DNA of 42,585 nt, taken from the NCBI GenBank assembly GCA_041492755.1, contig JBGPXN010000019.1, positions 1-42,585 of the forward strand, read 5' to 3'. The notes under the pieces were generated by a model. The model worked only from the letters and a program-made list of their open reading frames with translations. It was not told the origin of the DNA and did not search any database. Positions 20,581 to 29,352 of the stretch are shown here, in pieces. Each line of letters begins with the position of its first letter. Position 1 is the first letter of the stretch. This DNA comes from Candidatus Methylomirabilia bacterium (GTDB taxonomy: Bacteria; Methylomirabilota; Methylomirabilia; Rokubacteriales; CSP1-6). The position numbers were made by a program, and so were the translations under genes.

Positions 20581-22583
20581 GCGCCAACGGACTCCAGGGC
20601 GCCCGGGACCTGGCCGGCGCACCAGCGGCGCCACATATTCCGGTACGCCGCCTCGACGGCCGCGCAGTACGCGCGGTGGTCACACAGCGGCGAGCTCGCG
20701 AGGCGGCGCCTGAGGTCGGCGCGGAGGGGCGCGAACCGTGCGACGTCCGCCGCCGCGCGGACCGCGATCTCGGCGTACGCGCGCGGGGAATCGGCGACGA
20801 GGTCATCGAGGCCCACGAGCGCGAGGAACGAGGCGCCGAGGCGGCTCGGCACCCGGGCGCCGGCCAACGTCACCATCGGCACGCCCATCCAGAGGCCCTC
20901 GAGCGCCGTCACGCCGCCGCCGTGCGGGAACGGATCGAGCGCAAGGTCGACCTGGCCGAAGGCCGCGAGGTGTTCGCGATGCGGAGTGCCGCCCAGCAGC
21001 CGCAGGCGCTCCGCCGCGACGCCGCGCTCGCCGAAGAAGGCCACGAGTCGGTCACGCGCGTTGGCGGAGTCCAGGTTGTGATCCTTCAAGAGCAGGCGGC
21101 TGGCCGGCACGTCACGCAGGATCGCCGCCCACAGGTCGAGCATCTCGTCGGTGACCTTGGCCAGGCGGTTCAAGCAGCCGAACGTCACGCCCGCGCCGTG
21201 CCGCGCCGGCAACGGCTCCACGTCGGGCGCCGACGGCGGATCGAAGCACACGATGCAGGGCAGGTCGACCACGGTCTCGCTGAAGTCTCCTCGGGTGGCC
21301 GCCGGCACCGTGACCGCGTCGGCGAAGAAGTAGTCCATCGCGTCGAGGCCGGTGCCGTGGGCGTGACCCCACGCCGTGACCTGGATGGGCGCCGGCTTGC
21401 GCGCGAAGGCAAGCAGCCGGTTGCCCGCCGAGTGCGCGGCGAGATCGACGAGGACGTCGATGCGATCCGCGCGGATGCGCGCGGCCAGCGCCTCGTCGGA
21501 CATGCCGATCGTCGGCCGCCAGATGGAGGCGCCGTCCCGGAACCGCGCGGTGAAGTCGTCGGGGCTGGCCACGCCCGCGTAGCAGACCGTTTCGAAGGCG
21601 CGGCGGTCGTGATGGTGGAGCACCGGCCCGAACACCGCCGCCGCCGAGTGCCGCCGGAAATCGGCGGAGACGTACCCGATCCGGAGCGGCCGCTCCGGAT
21701 CGCCCTCGTTGTCGTGGGGCGCGTGGGTCGCGGCGAACGGGCGCGCGTAGCGCTCATTCCACCGCCGGCGCTCGGCGAAGGCCTGCGCGCTCGTCACGGC
21801 GGGGTCGAGATCGAGCGCGAAGATCAGATTGCTGTGGGCCGCCGGGTAGTCGGGCCGCAGCTCGATCGCCTGCCGGTAGGCAATGAGCGCCTCCGGGAGG
21901 CGGCCGCAGTCGCGGAACGCGTTGCCGAGGTTGTTGTACGCCTCCGCGTACTCCGGGCGCAGCGCGAGCGCGCGCTCGAAACACACGATCGCCGCGTCCA
22001 CTTCGCCGCGCTCCCAGAGCGCGTTGCCGAGGTTGTTGTGCGCCTCCGGATAGTCCGCGCGGAACGTCAGCGCGACCCAGTAGCGCGCGATCGCATCGGC
22101 CAACCGTCCTTGCGCGCGCAGGGCGGCCCCGAGATTGTTGTGCGCCTCGGCGGCGTCGGGCCGCAGGACCAGCGAGCGCTCGAAGCTGGCGACCGCGTCG
22201 TCGAACCGCCCGAGCACGTGGAGCGCGGTGCCGAGGTTCGTGTGCGCCTCGACGTACGTCGGATCGAGCGCCGTCGCCTGCTCCAGGGAGGTCACCGCGT
22301 CCGCCGGCTGCCCCGCCGCGAGCAGCGCGGTCCCGAGATCGCCGTGGAACTCGGCGACGCCGGGCGCCACCCGGGTGGCCTCGCGAAGGAGGGTCTCCGC
22401 CGCGCCCAGGTCCGTGCACTGATACGCCAGGAGCGCCAGCAAGTGAAGCGCGTCGGGATGTTCGGGGTCGGTGGTCAGCGCCTCGTGGTAGAGCGCGAAG
22501 GCCTCGGGGATCCGCCCGGCGCGGTGGTGGTCGATGGCTTCTTCGACCGCGGTGGTCGCGGAGCGCTCTGTCGTCGTGGTCAT
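20577..22583 (-). CDS. TPR-GT41 (SPINDLY/OGT family) glycosyltransferase 1 (668 aa)
   Basis: Same GT41 motifs (DFRRHSAA, FGCLNRLAKVT). ATG 22583 follows GAGGG. Confidence 0.92.
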   Translation of the reverse strand: MTTTTERSATTAVEEAIDHHRAGRIPEAFALYHEALTTDPEHPDALHLLALLAYQCTDLGAAETLLREATRVAPGVAEFHGDLGTALLAAGQPADAVTSLEQATALDPTYVEAHTNLGTALHVLGRFDDAVASFERSLVLRPDAAEAHNNLGAALRAQGRLADAIARYWVALTFRADYPEAHNNLGNALWERGEVDAAIVCFERALALRPEYAEAYNNLGNAFRDCGRLPEALIAYRQAIELRPDYPAAHSNLIFALDLDPAVTSAQAFAERRRWNERYARPFAATHAPHDNEGDPERPLRIGYVSADFRRHSAAAVFGPVLHHHDRRAFETVCYAGVASPDDFTARFRDGASIWRPTIGMSDEALAARIRADRIDVLVDLAAHSAGNRLLAFARKPAPIQVTAWGHAHGTGLDAMDYFFADAVTVPAATRGDFSETVVDLPCIVCFDPPSAPDVEPLPARHGAGVTFGCLNRLAKVTDEMLDLWAAILRDVPASRLLLKDHNLDSANARDRLVAFFGERGVAAERLRLLGGTPHREHLAAFGQVDLALDPFPHGGGVTALEGLWMGVPMVTLAGARVPSRLGASFLALVGLDDLVADSPRAYAEIAVRAAADVARFAPLRADLRRRLASSPLCDHRAYCAAVEAAYRNMWRRWCAGQVPGALESVGA

Positions 22584-22590
22584 GCCGCCC

Positions 22591-22618
22591 TCACGCATCG
22601 CGCCGTTCGTGCCGATAC
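22591..22618 (+). promoter_or_regulatory. Putative sigma-28 promoter for two small + strand ORFs
   Basis: TCACG-N15-GCCGATAC, with the same spacing as the other sigma-28 sites. AGGAGG follows at 22626-22631. Confidence 0.55.
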
Positions 22619-22637
22619 CAGCCACAGGAGGCGCGTC

Positions 22638-22787
22638 ATGGTTGCCTGGTGGGAGTGGATCGCCTGGATGGCCACGGTCTGCTTTGCCGTGTGGTTCGGC
22701 AGCATCGTCGCCGGCCGAGACGAGGGTAACGGGCTGAGCCCGGTGCCGGCGCGCGCGCGCGCGCGGCACGACGCCACGGGGCGCTGA
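22638..22787 (+). CDS. Small Trp-rich single-TM protein (49 aa, no own entry in the ORF track)
   Basis: Perfect RBS AGGAGG 6 nt before ATG. Sequence MVAWWEWIAWMATVCFAVWFGSIVAGRDEGNGLSPVPARARARHDATGR. Confidence 0.6.
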   Translation: MVAWWEWIAWMATVCFAVWFGSIVAGRDEGNGLSPVPARARARHDATGR

Positions 22788-22970
22788 ATGAGCACCTGGG
22801 TCGCGTCGGTGCGCGCGCGATGCTCGGCGCTGTGGACGGTCGAGCCGAGCGTCGACGCCGCCGTCCTGCGCGTCATCGTCGCCCTGGTCGTGCCGTTCGG
22901 CTGGGTCGTGCTGCTGCTGAGCCTCCCGCCCGTGCAGCGGCTCATTCGCCGGCTCAGGCAGTGGCGCTGA
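22788..22970 (+). CDS. Small membrane protein (60 aa)
   Basis: ATG immediately follows the previous stop (TGAATG). Hydrophobic VIVALVVPFGWVVLLLSL, then a basic tail. Confidence 0.55.
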   Translation: MSTWVASVRARCSALWTVEPSVDAAVLRVIVALVVPFGWVVLLLSLPPVQRLIRRLRQWR

Positions 22971-23331
22971 TTGGGGCGTCGCTCCCGGCGGTCTCGGTCA
23001 CGGCCTGGGTCAGCGTGTCGCGAAGATCGCGGAGCACGAACGACACGGAGGTGAACTCGCCCTCGCGGCTCTGGCGCAGGCAGTAGTCGTAGAGACGCTG
23101 GAACCCTTCGGCGATCTCGGCGTACTCGAAGTCGAGCGTGCCCATCAGCTCGATCAGGATCGTCGCCACCTGGCGCGGGTCCTTGCGGTCGCAGCCTTCG
23201 AGCCCGAGCTCGTACAGTCCGAGCAACCGGTCGGTCGCGCTCAATGCGCGCAGCGCGGTGATCTCGGTGTCGAGCGTGATCGGAGTGTCCGCTTCGATCG
23301 TGAAGCCGGTCGTCCGCCCCTGCATATCCAT
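22954..23331 (-). CDS. FliS-like protein (paralog 3)
   Basis: RBS GAGGAGG before ATG 23331. LLGLYELGLEGC, LIELMGTLDFEY, GFQRLYDYC and LRDLRDT match FliS. Confidence 0.8.
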   Translation of the reverse strand: MDMQGRTTGFTIEADTPITLDTEITALRALSATDRLLGLYELGLEGCDRKDPRQVATILIELMGTLDFEYAEIAEGFQRLYDYCLRQSREGEFTSVSFVLRDLRDTLTQAVTETAGSDAPISATA

Positions 23332-23385
23332 CTCGTCCTCCTCGATGCCGCGGCGCGAGCGCCCGTCCGGCTCGACGGAGGACAA

Positions 23386-23402
23386 TGCGAGACCCGTACC
23401 AG
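23386..23402 (-). promoter_or_regulatory. Putative sigma-54 promoter for the FliS-like paralog 3
   Basis: Minus strand CTGGTACGGGTCTCGCA = GG-N10-GC, about 55 nt before the ATG. Confidence 0.5.
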
Positions 23403-23605
23403 CCCCAAAACCCGCACGGCGTGTCGTAACCGAGCAGAAACACGCACCACGCGCAGAGACGCTCACAGCGAGCCGGCAACTCTTGCCGGCTCCGACGCGC
23501 GCACTGACCCGTCCATCCGGTAGGAAATTGGCCGGCACGCCTCACCGACTCGCGCCAGTCCACGCGCGCTCTGACTACCGCAATAGTTCGCCCGGCGCGC
23601 ACTGA

Positions 23606-23668
23606 CGGCGGCCCCGGGGCCGGGTGCTTCGCTAACTATGCGCGGCGCACCGGGCCCCGGGGCCGCCG
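23606..23668. terminator. 22-bp inverted repeat downstream of the carboxyltransferase operon, separating the metabolic and motility blocks
   Basis: 23606-23627 pairs with 23647-23668 with one mismatch. Confidence 0.55.
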
Positions 23669-23741
23669 GCGGCGAGGGTCGAGAGAGACAGCGCGGAAGG
23701 CGACAGCGAGACCGCCCGGGAGCGAGATCGGAGCGTGGCGG

Positions 23742-25289
23742 CTAAGGACGCATCGGGTGCGACGAAGGCCCCGGCTCGCGGAGCGGCGCCACGAGGTTCG
23801 CGAACTCGCAGAGGAGCGGACGGGTCTCGCGCGGGTCGACGATCTCCTCGATCCAGAACGTCTCGGCGGACCGGAACGGCGAGCGGAGCCTGGTCAAACG
23901 CGCCTCGATCTCGGCCATTTTCTGCGCACGATCGGGCGCGGCGTCGAGGTCGGCGCGGTAGGCCGCTTCGATGCCGCCCTCGAGCGGGAGCGAGCCCCAG
24001 CGGCCGGACGGCCACGCGTACCGCATGCAGTAACGGCTGCCGTTGCGGTGGGCCGCGCCCGCCACGCCGAAGACGTTGCGGATGATGACAGCGCACCATG
24101 GCACCGTGGTCTGCCAGATCGCCGACATCGCGCGCACGCCCTGCTTGATCGTGCCGGTGTGCTCCGCCTCCCGCCCGATCAGGAATCCCGGGCAGTCGAC
24201 GAGATACACGACCGGCACGTGAAACGTCTGGGCGGTGTCGACGAAGCGCTCGACCTTCTGGCACGTGTCCGCCGTCCACGCGCCGCCGTAGAACATCGGA
24301 TCGCTCGCCATGAGCGCGACCGGCCACCCGTCGAGGCGCGCGAACCCGGTGATGACCGAGCGGCCGTAGAGCGGCGTGATCTCGAAGAACGAGCCACAAT
24401 CGACGACCGCGTCCACGATCGACCGCATCCGGTAGACCTTGCGCGGATCGCGGGGGACGACGTCGACGAGCTTCGGCTCGCGCCGGTTCGGATCGTCGGT
24501 CTGGGGGCCGCGGGGCGGGAGATCGTAGACCGACGACGGCATGTACGAGAGAAACCGCCGGGCCCGCGCGAACGCCTCGTCCTCCGTGTCCACGGCGTCG
24601 TCGACGGCGCCCGCCTTGAGCTGGATCTCCCAGCCGCCCAGTTCTTGCTGCGTGAGCTTCTGGCCGATCCGCTCGACCACCGGCGGGCCGGCGACGAAGA
24701 GCGCGGAGCGGCCCTTGATCATGATCGAGTAGTGCGCGGCGGCCAGGTGCGCGGCGCCGAGTCCCGCGACGGAGCCCAGGCCGAGCGCCACGCGCGGGAC
24801 GGTGCCCATGTTGGCGACGACGAGCTCCCAGCCGCTCACGGCCGGGACGTTGGCGCGGCCGGTGGTCTCGATGGTCTTGACGGAGCCGCCCCCGCCGGAG
24901 CCTTCGACGAGCCGGACGAGCGGCAGCCGCAGGTCGTGCGCCATCCGCTCGCACTGGTTGTGCTTCTCCTTGATGGTGGCGTCGGCGGAGCCGCCGCGCA
25001 CCGTGAAGTCGTCGCCGCCGACGACGACCGGGCGGCCGTCGACGCGGCCCCGCCCGAAGACGAAGTTCGAGGGCGTGAGGTCCACGAGATCGTTGTGCGA
25101 ATCGTAGGTCGCAGAGCCCGCGATCTTGCCGACCTCGTGGAAGCTGCCGGGATCGAGCAGCCGCGCGATCCGCTCGCGGATGGTCAGTCGTCCGGCCGCC
25201 CGCTGACGCTCGACGCGCGCGGGACCGCCGAGCTGCTCGGCGAACGCCTCGCGGCGCTTGAGCTCCTCGAGCTCCGGATCCCAGGTCAT
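23742..25289 (-). CDS. Acyl-CoA carboxylase carboxyltransferase (beta) subunit
   Basis: GRLTIRERIARLLDPGSF, DDFTVRGGS, ITGFARLDG, LVDCPGFLIG and IVDPRETR. Confidence 0.92.
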   Translation of the reverse strand: MTWDPELEELKRREAFAEQLGGPARVERQRAAGRLTIRERIARLLDPGSFHEVGKIAGSATYDSHNDLVDLTPSNFVFGRGRVDGRPVVVGGDDFTVRGGSADATIKEKHNQCERMAHDLRLPLVRLVEGSGGGGSVKTIETTGRANVPAVSGWELVVANMGTVPRVALGLGSVAGLGAAHLAAAHYSIMIKGRSALFVAGPPVVERIGQKLTQQELGGWEIQLKAGAVDDAVDTEDEAFARARRFLSYMPSSVYDLPPRGPQTDDPNRREPKLVDVVPRDPRKVYRMRSIVDAVVDCGSFFEITPLYGRSVITGFARLDGWPVALMASDPMFYGGAWTADTCQKVERFVDTAQTFHVPVVYLVDCPGFLIGREAEHTGTIKQGVRAMSAIWQTTVPWCAVIIRNVFGVAGAAHRNGSRYCMRYAWPSGRWGSLPLEGGIEAAYRADLDAAPDRAQKMAEIEARLTRLRSPFRSAETFWIEEIVDPRETRPLLCEFANLVAPLREPGPSSHPMRP

Positions 25290-25305
25290 CGTGGGCTTCC
25301 TCCCC

Positions 25306-26532
25306 TCATGCGACCTCGATGGCGCCGCTCTGCTTCAGCTCGTCGATACGGGCCGGCGAATATCCCAGCACCTCGGCGAGCACGGCGGCGGTGTGCTCGC
25401 CCACCTCATGGGGCGCGGCGCCTCGAGGCGCCACCGGGCGCCCGTCCACCTGAAACGGCGTGGCCGTCACCCGGATCTCACCGCGCGCGGGATGCGGAAC
25501 GGACGGAAAGGCGCCCCGCTCGGCCAGATGCGGGTGCGCGACGACGTCGGCCGGCGACAGCACGGCCGTGCACGGCACCCGCGCCGCGCTCAGCGTCGCC
25601 AGCGCATCGTCGGCCGACTTGAAGCGCGCGAGCCACGCGCCGACGACGTCGCGCAGCTCGGGCCAGTGGTCGCGGCGGGCCTGACGGGTCGCGAAGCGCT
25701 CGTCGTGCTCGAGCTCGGGACGTCCCATCACGGTGACGAGTCGTGACCAGAGCTGCGGGGCGCCGACGATCTGCCAGGCGATGTGCCGGCCGCCGACCGC
25801 GTGGATGCCCATGCCGGGCCGAGGGCCGCGGTACTCCGGCCCGCCGTTGAGCACGGCGCCGTAGGTGATGTCCTCGGCGGCGAGCATGCACTCGAGCATC
25901 GACACGTCAAGATACGCGCCCTGCCCGGTGCGGCCGCGCCGGAGCAACGCCGCCAGGATCGCGCCGAACGCGTGGGTGCCCGACAGCACATCGGCCGCCT
26001 GAAGGTACTGGACTTGAGGCGTCGGGTCGGCCGCCTGCTCGAGGTGCATGTGACCGGACACGGCCTGGACGATGTGCGCGAACGCGGGTTGGTCCCGCCA
26101 CGGGCCGGTCTGGCCGAACCCGGAGATCGAGCAGTACACGAGGTCGGGCCGCACGGCGGTGAGGCTCGCGTAGTCGCAACCCAGGCGCGTGACCACGCCG
26201 GGCAGGAAGTTCTCCACGACGACGTCCGACCTGCGGGCGAGATCGCGCACGACGACCCGGGCCTCGGGCTTGCCGAGATCGAGCCCGACGCTCAGCTTCC
26301 CGACGTTGATCCGGAGGAAGTAGGTGCTCTGATCGTCGCGGCCGTCCTCGATCTGAAAATAGCCGCGACGCGTTTCGTCGCCTTCGCCCGGCCGCTCGAT
26401 CTTGATGACGCGGGCGCCGAGGTCGGCGAGCAGCCGCGTGCAATAGGGCCCGGCGAGCACGCGGGTGAAGTCGAGAACGGTGATGCCGGCGAGCAGCGCC
26501 GAATCGTCAGCGGGCCGAAGCGCGGACGTCAC
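25306..26532 (-). CDS. CaiB/BaiF family III CoA-transferase
   Basis: LAGITVLDFTRVLAGPYCTRLLADLGARVIKIERPGEGD, DVVVENFLPG, VYCSISGFGQTGP and GEHT..VL. Confidence 0.95.
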   Translation of the reverse strand: MTSALRPADDSALLAGITVLDFTRVLAGPYCTRLLADLGARVIKIERPGEGDETRRGYFQIEDGRDDQSTYFLRINVGKLSVGLDLGKPEARVVVRDLARRSDVVVENFLPGVVTRLGCDYASLTAVRPDLVYCSISGFGQTGPWRDQPAFAHIVQAVSGHMHLEQAADPTPQVQYLQAADVLSGTHAFGAILAALLRRGRTGQGAYLDVSMLECMLAAEDITYGAVLNGGPEYRGPRPGMGIHAVGGRHIAWQIVGAPQLWSRLVTVMGRPELEHDERFATRQARRDHWPELRDVVGAWLARFKSADDALATLSAARVPCTAVLSPADVVAHPHLAERGAFPSVPHPARGEIRVTATPFQVDGRPVAPRGAAPHEVGEHTAAVLAEVLGYSPARIDELKQSGAIEVA

Positions 26533-26864
26533 GTGAGCGAAACGAAGTCGTATTCGCCGATGCCCTGCAGGACGAGGAACACGGCCGAGATGTCGCCGCC
26601 GTTGGTGACGAGGTGCGGCCGGCCGGGCCGGACGCTGTACGTCTCGCCGGGCGCCAGCCGGATCTCCTCCTTCGGGTCACGAGCGAAGAGGCGCAGCGTG
26701 CCTTCCAGCACGTAGAACGTGTCCTGCACGTTCGTGTGCGAGTGCCACGGCACCTGCTGGCGCGGGCCGATCTGAAGCTCGGTGATCCGGAATCCCGGCC
26801 GCGCGGCATGCTGCGCGCGCCGCTCGACCTCGTAGAGATGACTGGCGTCCTTGACGGCGTCCAT
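26529..26864 (-). CDS. Cupin domain protein
   Basis: VPWHSHTNVQDTFYVLEG...PGRPHLVTN. Confidence 0.85.
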   Translation of the reverse strand: MDAVKDASHLYEVERRAQHAARPGFRITELQIGPRQQVPWHSHTNVQDTFYVLEGTLRLFARDPKEEIRLAPGETYSVRPGRPHLVTNGGDISAVFLVLQGIGEYDFVSLT

Positions 26865-26946
26865 CGTGCCCTCCGCTCCGCGCCGACTTCGCGCGAAGAG
26901 CAGATTCTACGCTATTATCCCGGCGCATCCACCAAGGAGGCCCACC

Positions 26947-28143
26947 ATGATCACTCGACGCGATCTCCTCCGATCGGCAACGGCCGTGGGCGCGGGACTG
27001 GCCATCGGCGCACAGGCGCGCGGCGCCGCGGCGCAGAAGAAGATGGTGAAGATCTCGTTCGTAGGTCCCCTCACCGGCGGGACCGCCTCCAACGGGCTGG
27101 GTGGCCGCAACGCGTACCTGCTCGCGCTGCAGGAGCGCAATGCCGATCCCAAGGGCAAGTACCGCTACGAGTCCCTCGTGCTCGACGACGAGTGCAAGCC
27201 CACGGTGGCGGTGCAGGCGGCGCTGAAGGCGTCGTCCGATCCGGAGGTCGTCGCGTCGGTCTCGCACTACTGCTCGGTGGTCGCCATCGCCACCGTCGAC
27301 ACCTGGCACAAGGCCGGCGTGCCCTCGATGGTCTGGGGCGCCGTGCTCCCGGAGATCACCTACGGTCACGACTACGTCGAGATCACCCGCGTCAACGGCA
27401 CCATGATCAACCAGAACCAGGTCGCCGCCGACTTCGCGGTGAAGACGCTCGGGTTCAAGACGTTCTCGCTCATCCACGACACCACCGATTACGGGCGCGC
27501 CCACGCCAAGTACTTCACCCAGTTCGTCGAGAAGGCGGGCGGGAAGGTGCTCTCCGCGCAGGGCACGGCCAAGGACCAGAAGGACTACGCGGCCGAGCTC
27601 ACCAAGGCCAAGGCCGAGAAGCCGGAAGTGATCTGGTACGGTGGCCTCACGCCGGACGGCGTGCGCGTGAGGGTCCAGATGGACAAGCTCGGCATCCGCG
27701 CGCAGTTCCAGGGCACGTCCGGCATCAAGAGCGACACCTTCAACGAGACGGCCGGCGCATCCGCCGAGGGCTCGCTGGCGTTCGTGGAAGGCGCGCCCAC
27801 CGAGAAGCTGCCGGGCGGCAAGAAATTCCTCGCCGCCTACGAGAAGGCCGGCTACAAGGAGCCGTCGGAGGCGTACGGTCCGTTCGCGTACGTAGCCGCC
27901 AACCTGATCATCGACGCCATCGAGGAGGTCGGCCCCGACCGCGCCAAGCTCGCCCAGAAGCTGAAGCGAACGAAGAACGCCAACACCATCATCGGCCCCG
28001 TGGAGTTCGACGCCAACGGCCAGAACACCGTGGCGCTCATCACCAAGTACGTGACCCAGGACGGCAAGTGGCTGGTGTGGGAGGACTCCGAGTACGCGAG
28101 CGGCAAGCGCCAGCTGCCCGGCGTCAAGTTCAAGAAGACGTAG
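26947..28143 (+). CDS. livK: Branched-chain amino acid-type ABC transporter substrate-binding protein (Tat signal)
   Basis: RBS AAGGAGG, MITRRDLL twin-Arg leader, GPLTG, DDECKP, IHDTTDYG and GPVEFDANG. Confidence 0.85.
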   Translation: MITRRDLLRSATAVGAGLAIGAQARGAAAQKKMVKISFVGPLTGGTASNGLGGRNAYLLALQERNADPKGKYRYESLVLDDECKPTVAVQAALKASSDPEVVASVSHYCSVVAIATVDTWHKAGVPSMVWGAVLPEITYGHDYVEITRVNGTMINQNQVAADFAVKTLGFKTFSLIHDTTDYGRAHAKYFTQFVEKAGGKVLSAQGTAKDQKDYAAELTKAKAEKPEVIWYGGLTPDGVRVRVQMDKLGIRAQFQGTSGIKSDTFNETAGASAEGSLAFVEGAPTEKLPGGKKFLAAYEKAGYKEPSEAYGPFAYVAANLIIDAIEEVGPDRAKLAQKLKRTKNANTIIGPVEFDANGQNTVALITKYVTQDGKWLVWEDSEYASGKRQLPGVKFKKT

Positions 28144-28164
28144 GCGCCGCTCCCGACCATCTAA

Positions 28165-29088
28165 ATGCCGCCACTCGAGGTCATCCTCCAGCAGGGGCTG
28201 AACGGCCTGATGCTGGGGGTGATGTACGCGCTCATCGCGGTCGGGTTCACGCTCTTCTTCGGCGTGCTCGACGTGATCCATTTCTCTCACGGCGACATCT
28301 TCATGCTCGGCGCTTTCGCCGGGCTGTCGCTGACCGCGGCGTGGGCGGCGGCCGGGTTGAAAGCCGCTGCCGTCACCCTCCCGCTGACGTTCGCCGGCGC
28401 CCTCGTCATCACCGGGCTCGTCGGTGTGCTCGCGGAGCGCGCGTGCGTCAAGCCGCTGGCCCGCTCCTCGCCCCTCATGACGCTGCTCGCCACGCTGTCG
28501 CTGGGGCTGGTCATCCGGGAAGCCGTGCTGATCTTCTATCCGCGCGGCGCCGATCCCAAGCCGTTCCCGTCGATGCTGCCGGCCGGAGGCTTCGACGTCG
28601 CCGGCGTCTTCGTCCGCTACGACAATCTCGCGATCCTGGCCATCGGGCTGGGCGCCATGATCGCCGTCGACGTGCTCATCAAGCGCACGCGCCTGGGCGC
28701 CTCCATCCGCGCCGTCGCCCAGGATCCCGAAGCGGCGCAAATGATGGGCGTGAACCTCGATCGGACGGTCGACTGGACGTTCTTCATCGGCTCCGCGCTC
28801 GCCGCCGTCGCCGGCATCCTCAACGGCCTGTACTACGGTGAGGTCCACTTCATCATGGGCATCATGGGCGGCGTCATCGGCTTCTCGGCGGCCGCCATCG
28901 GCGGGCTCGGCAACGTCTACGGCGCCATCCTGGGCGGCCTGCTCTTCGGCATGCTCCAGACGATGGCGGCCGCCTTCATTCCGCGTGGCTCCGAGTTCCG
29001 CGACGTCGTTGCCTTCGCGGTCGTGATGCTGTTCCTCGTCTTCAAGCCCACCGGCATCCTCGGCGAGAAAACGGTGGAGCGCGTGTGA
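28165..29088 (+). CDS. livH: Liv-type ABC permease
   Basis: NGLMLGVMYALIAVGFTLFFG..HFSHGD, RTRLGASIRAVAQD and KPTGILG. Confidence 0.92.
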   Translation: MPPLEVILQQGLNGLMLGVMYALIAVGFTLFFGVLDVIHFSHGDIFMLGAFAGLSLTAAWAAAGLKAAAVTLPLTFAGALVITGLVGVLAERACVKPLARSSPLMTLLATLSLGLVIREAVLIFYPRGADPKPFPSMLPAGGFDVAGVFVRYDNLAILAIGLGAMIAVDVLIKRTRLGASIRAVAQDPEAAQMMGVNLDRTVDWTFFIGSALAAVAGILNGLYYGEVHFIMGIMGGVIGFSAAAIGGLGNVYGAILGGLLFGMLQTMAAAFIPRGSEFRDVVAFAVVMLFLVFKPTGILGEKTVERV

Positions 29089-29116
29089 TGGCAGCCGTGC
29101 CAGCCACCGCCGCCGG

Positions 29117-29352
29117 CTAACCTGGATCATTCGTGAACGCGCACACCGCGATCGACCGGGGGGCACGGCCGGAGCTGGGTGGATGGGGTCCGGGTGACCC
29201 ATTCCCGCCACGCGAGGCGACGACGTCGCCGTATGGAATGGGAACGGCTCGCCGGTGATCGGTACGCCGTCGGCTGTGGTCAGAGGACCCGTCCACCCAG
29301 CTCCGGCCGTGCCCCCCGGTCGGCGAACGCGTCGCGCGTTCACGAATAGTCC
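29117..29352. mobile_element. About 230-bp fold-back (MITE-like) element between livH and livM
   Basis: Outer IR ATTCGTGAACGCGC (29129-29142 / 29334-29347), perfect 31-bp IR (29153-29183 / 29292-29322) and nested inner hairpins. No convincing coding region. Confidence 0.65.

Noticed and set aside
22598..22614. Sigma-54-like GG-N10-GC before GT41 gene 1 (minus strand)
   Set aside because: It lacks TTGC and would start transcription only a few nt before the ATG. The sequence is explained by the opposite-strand sigma-28 site.
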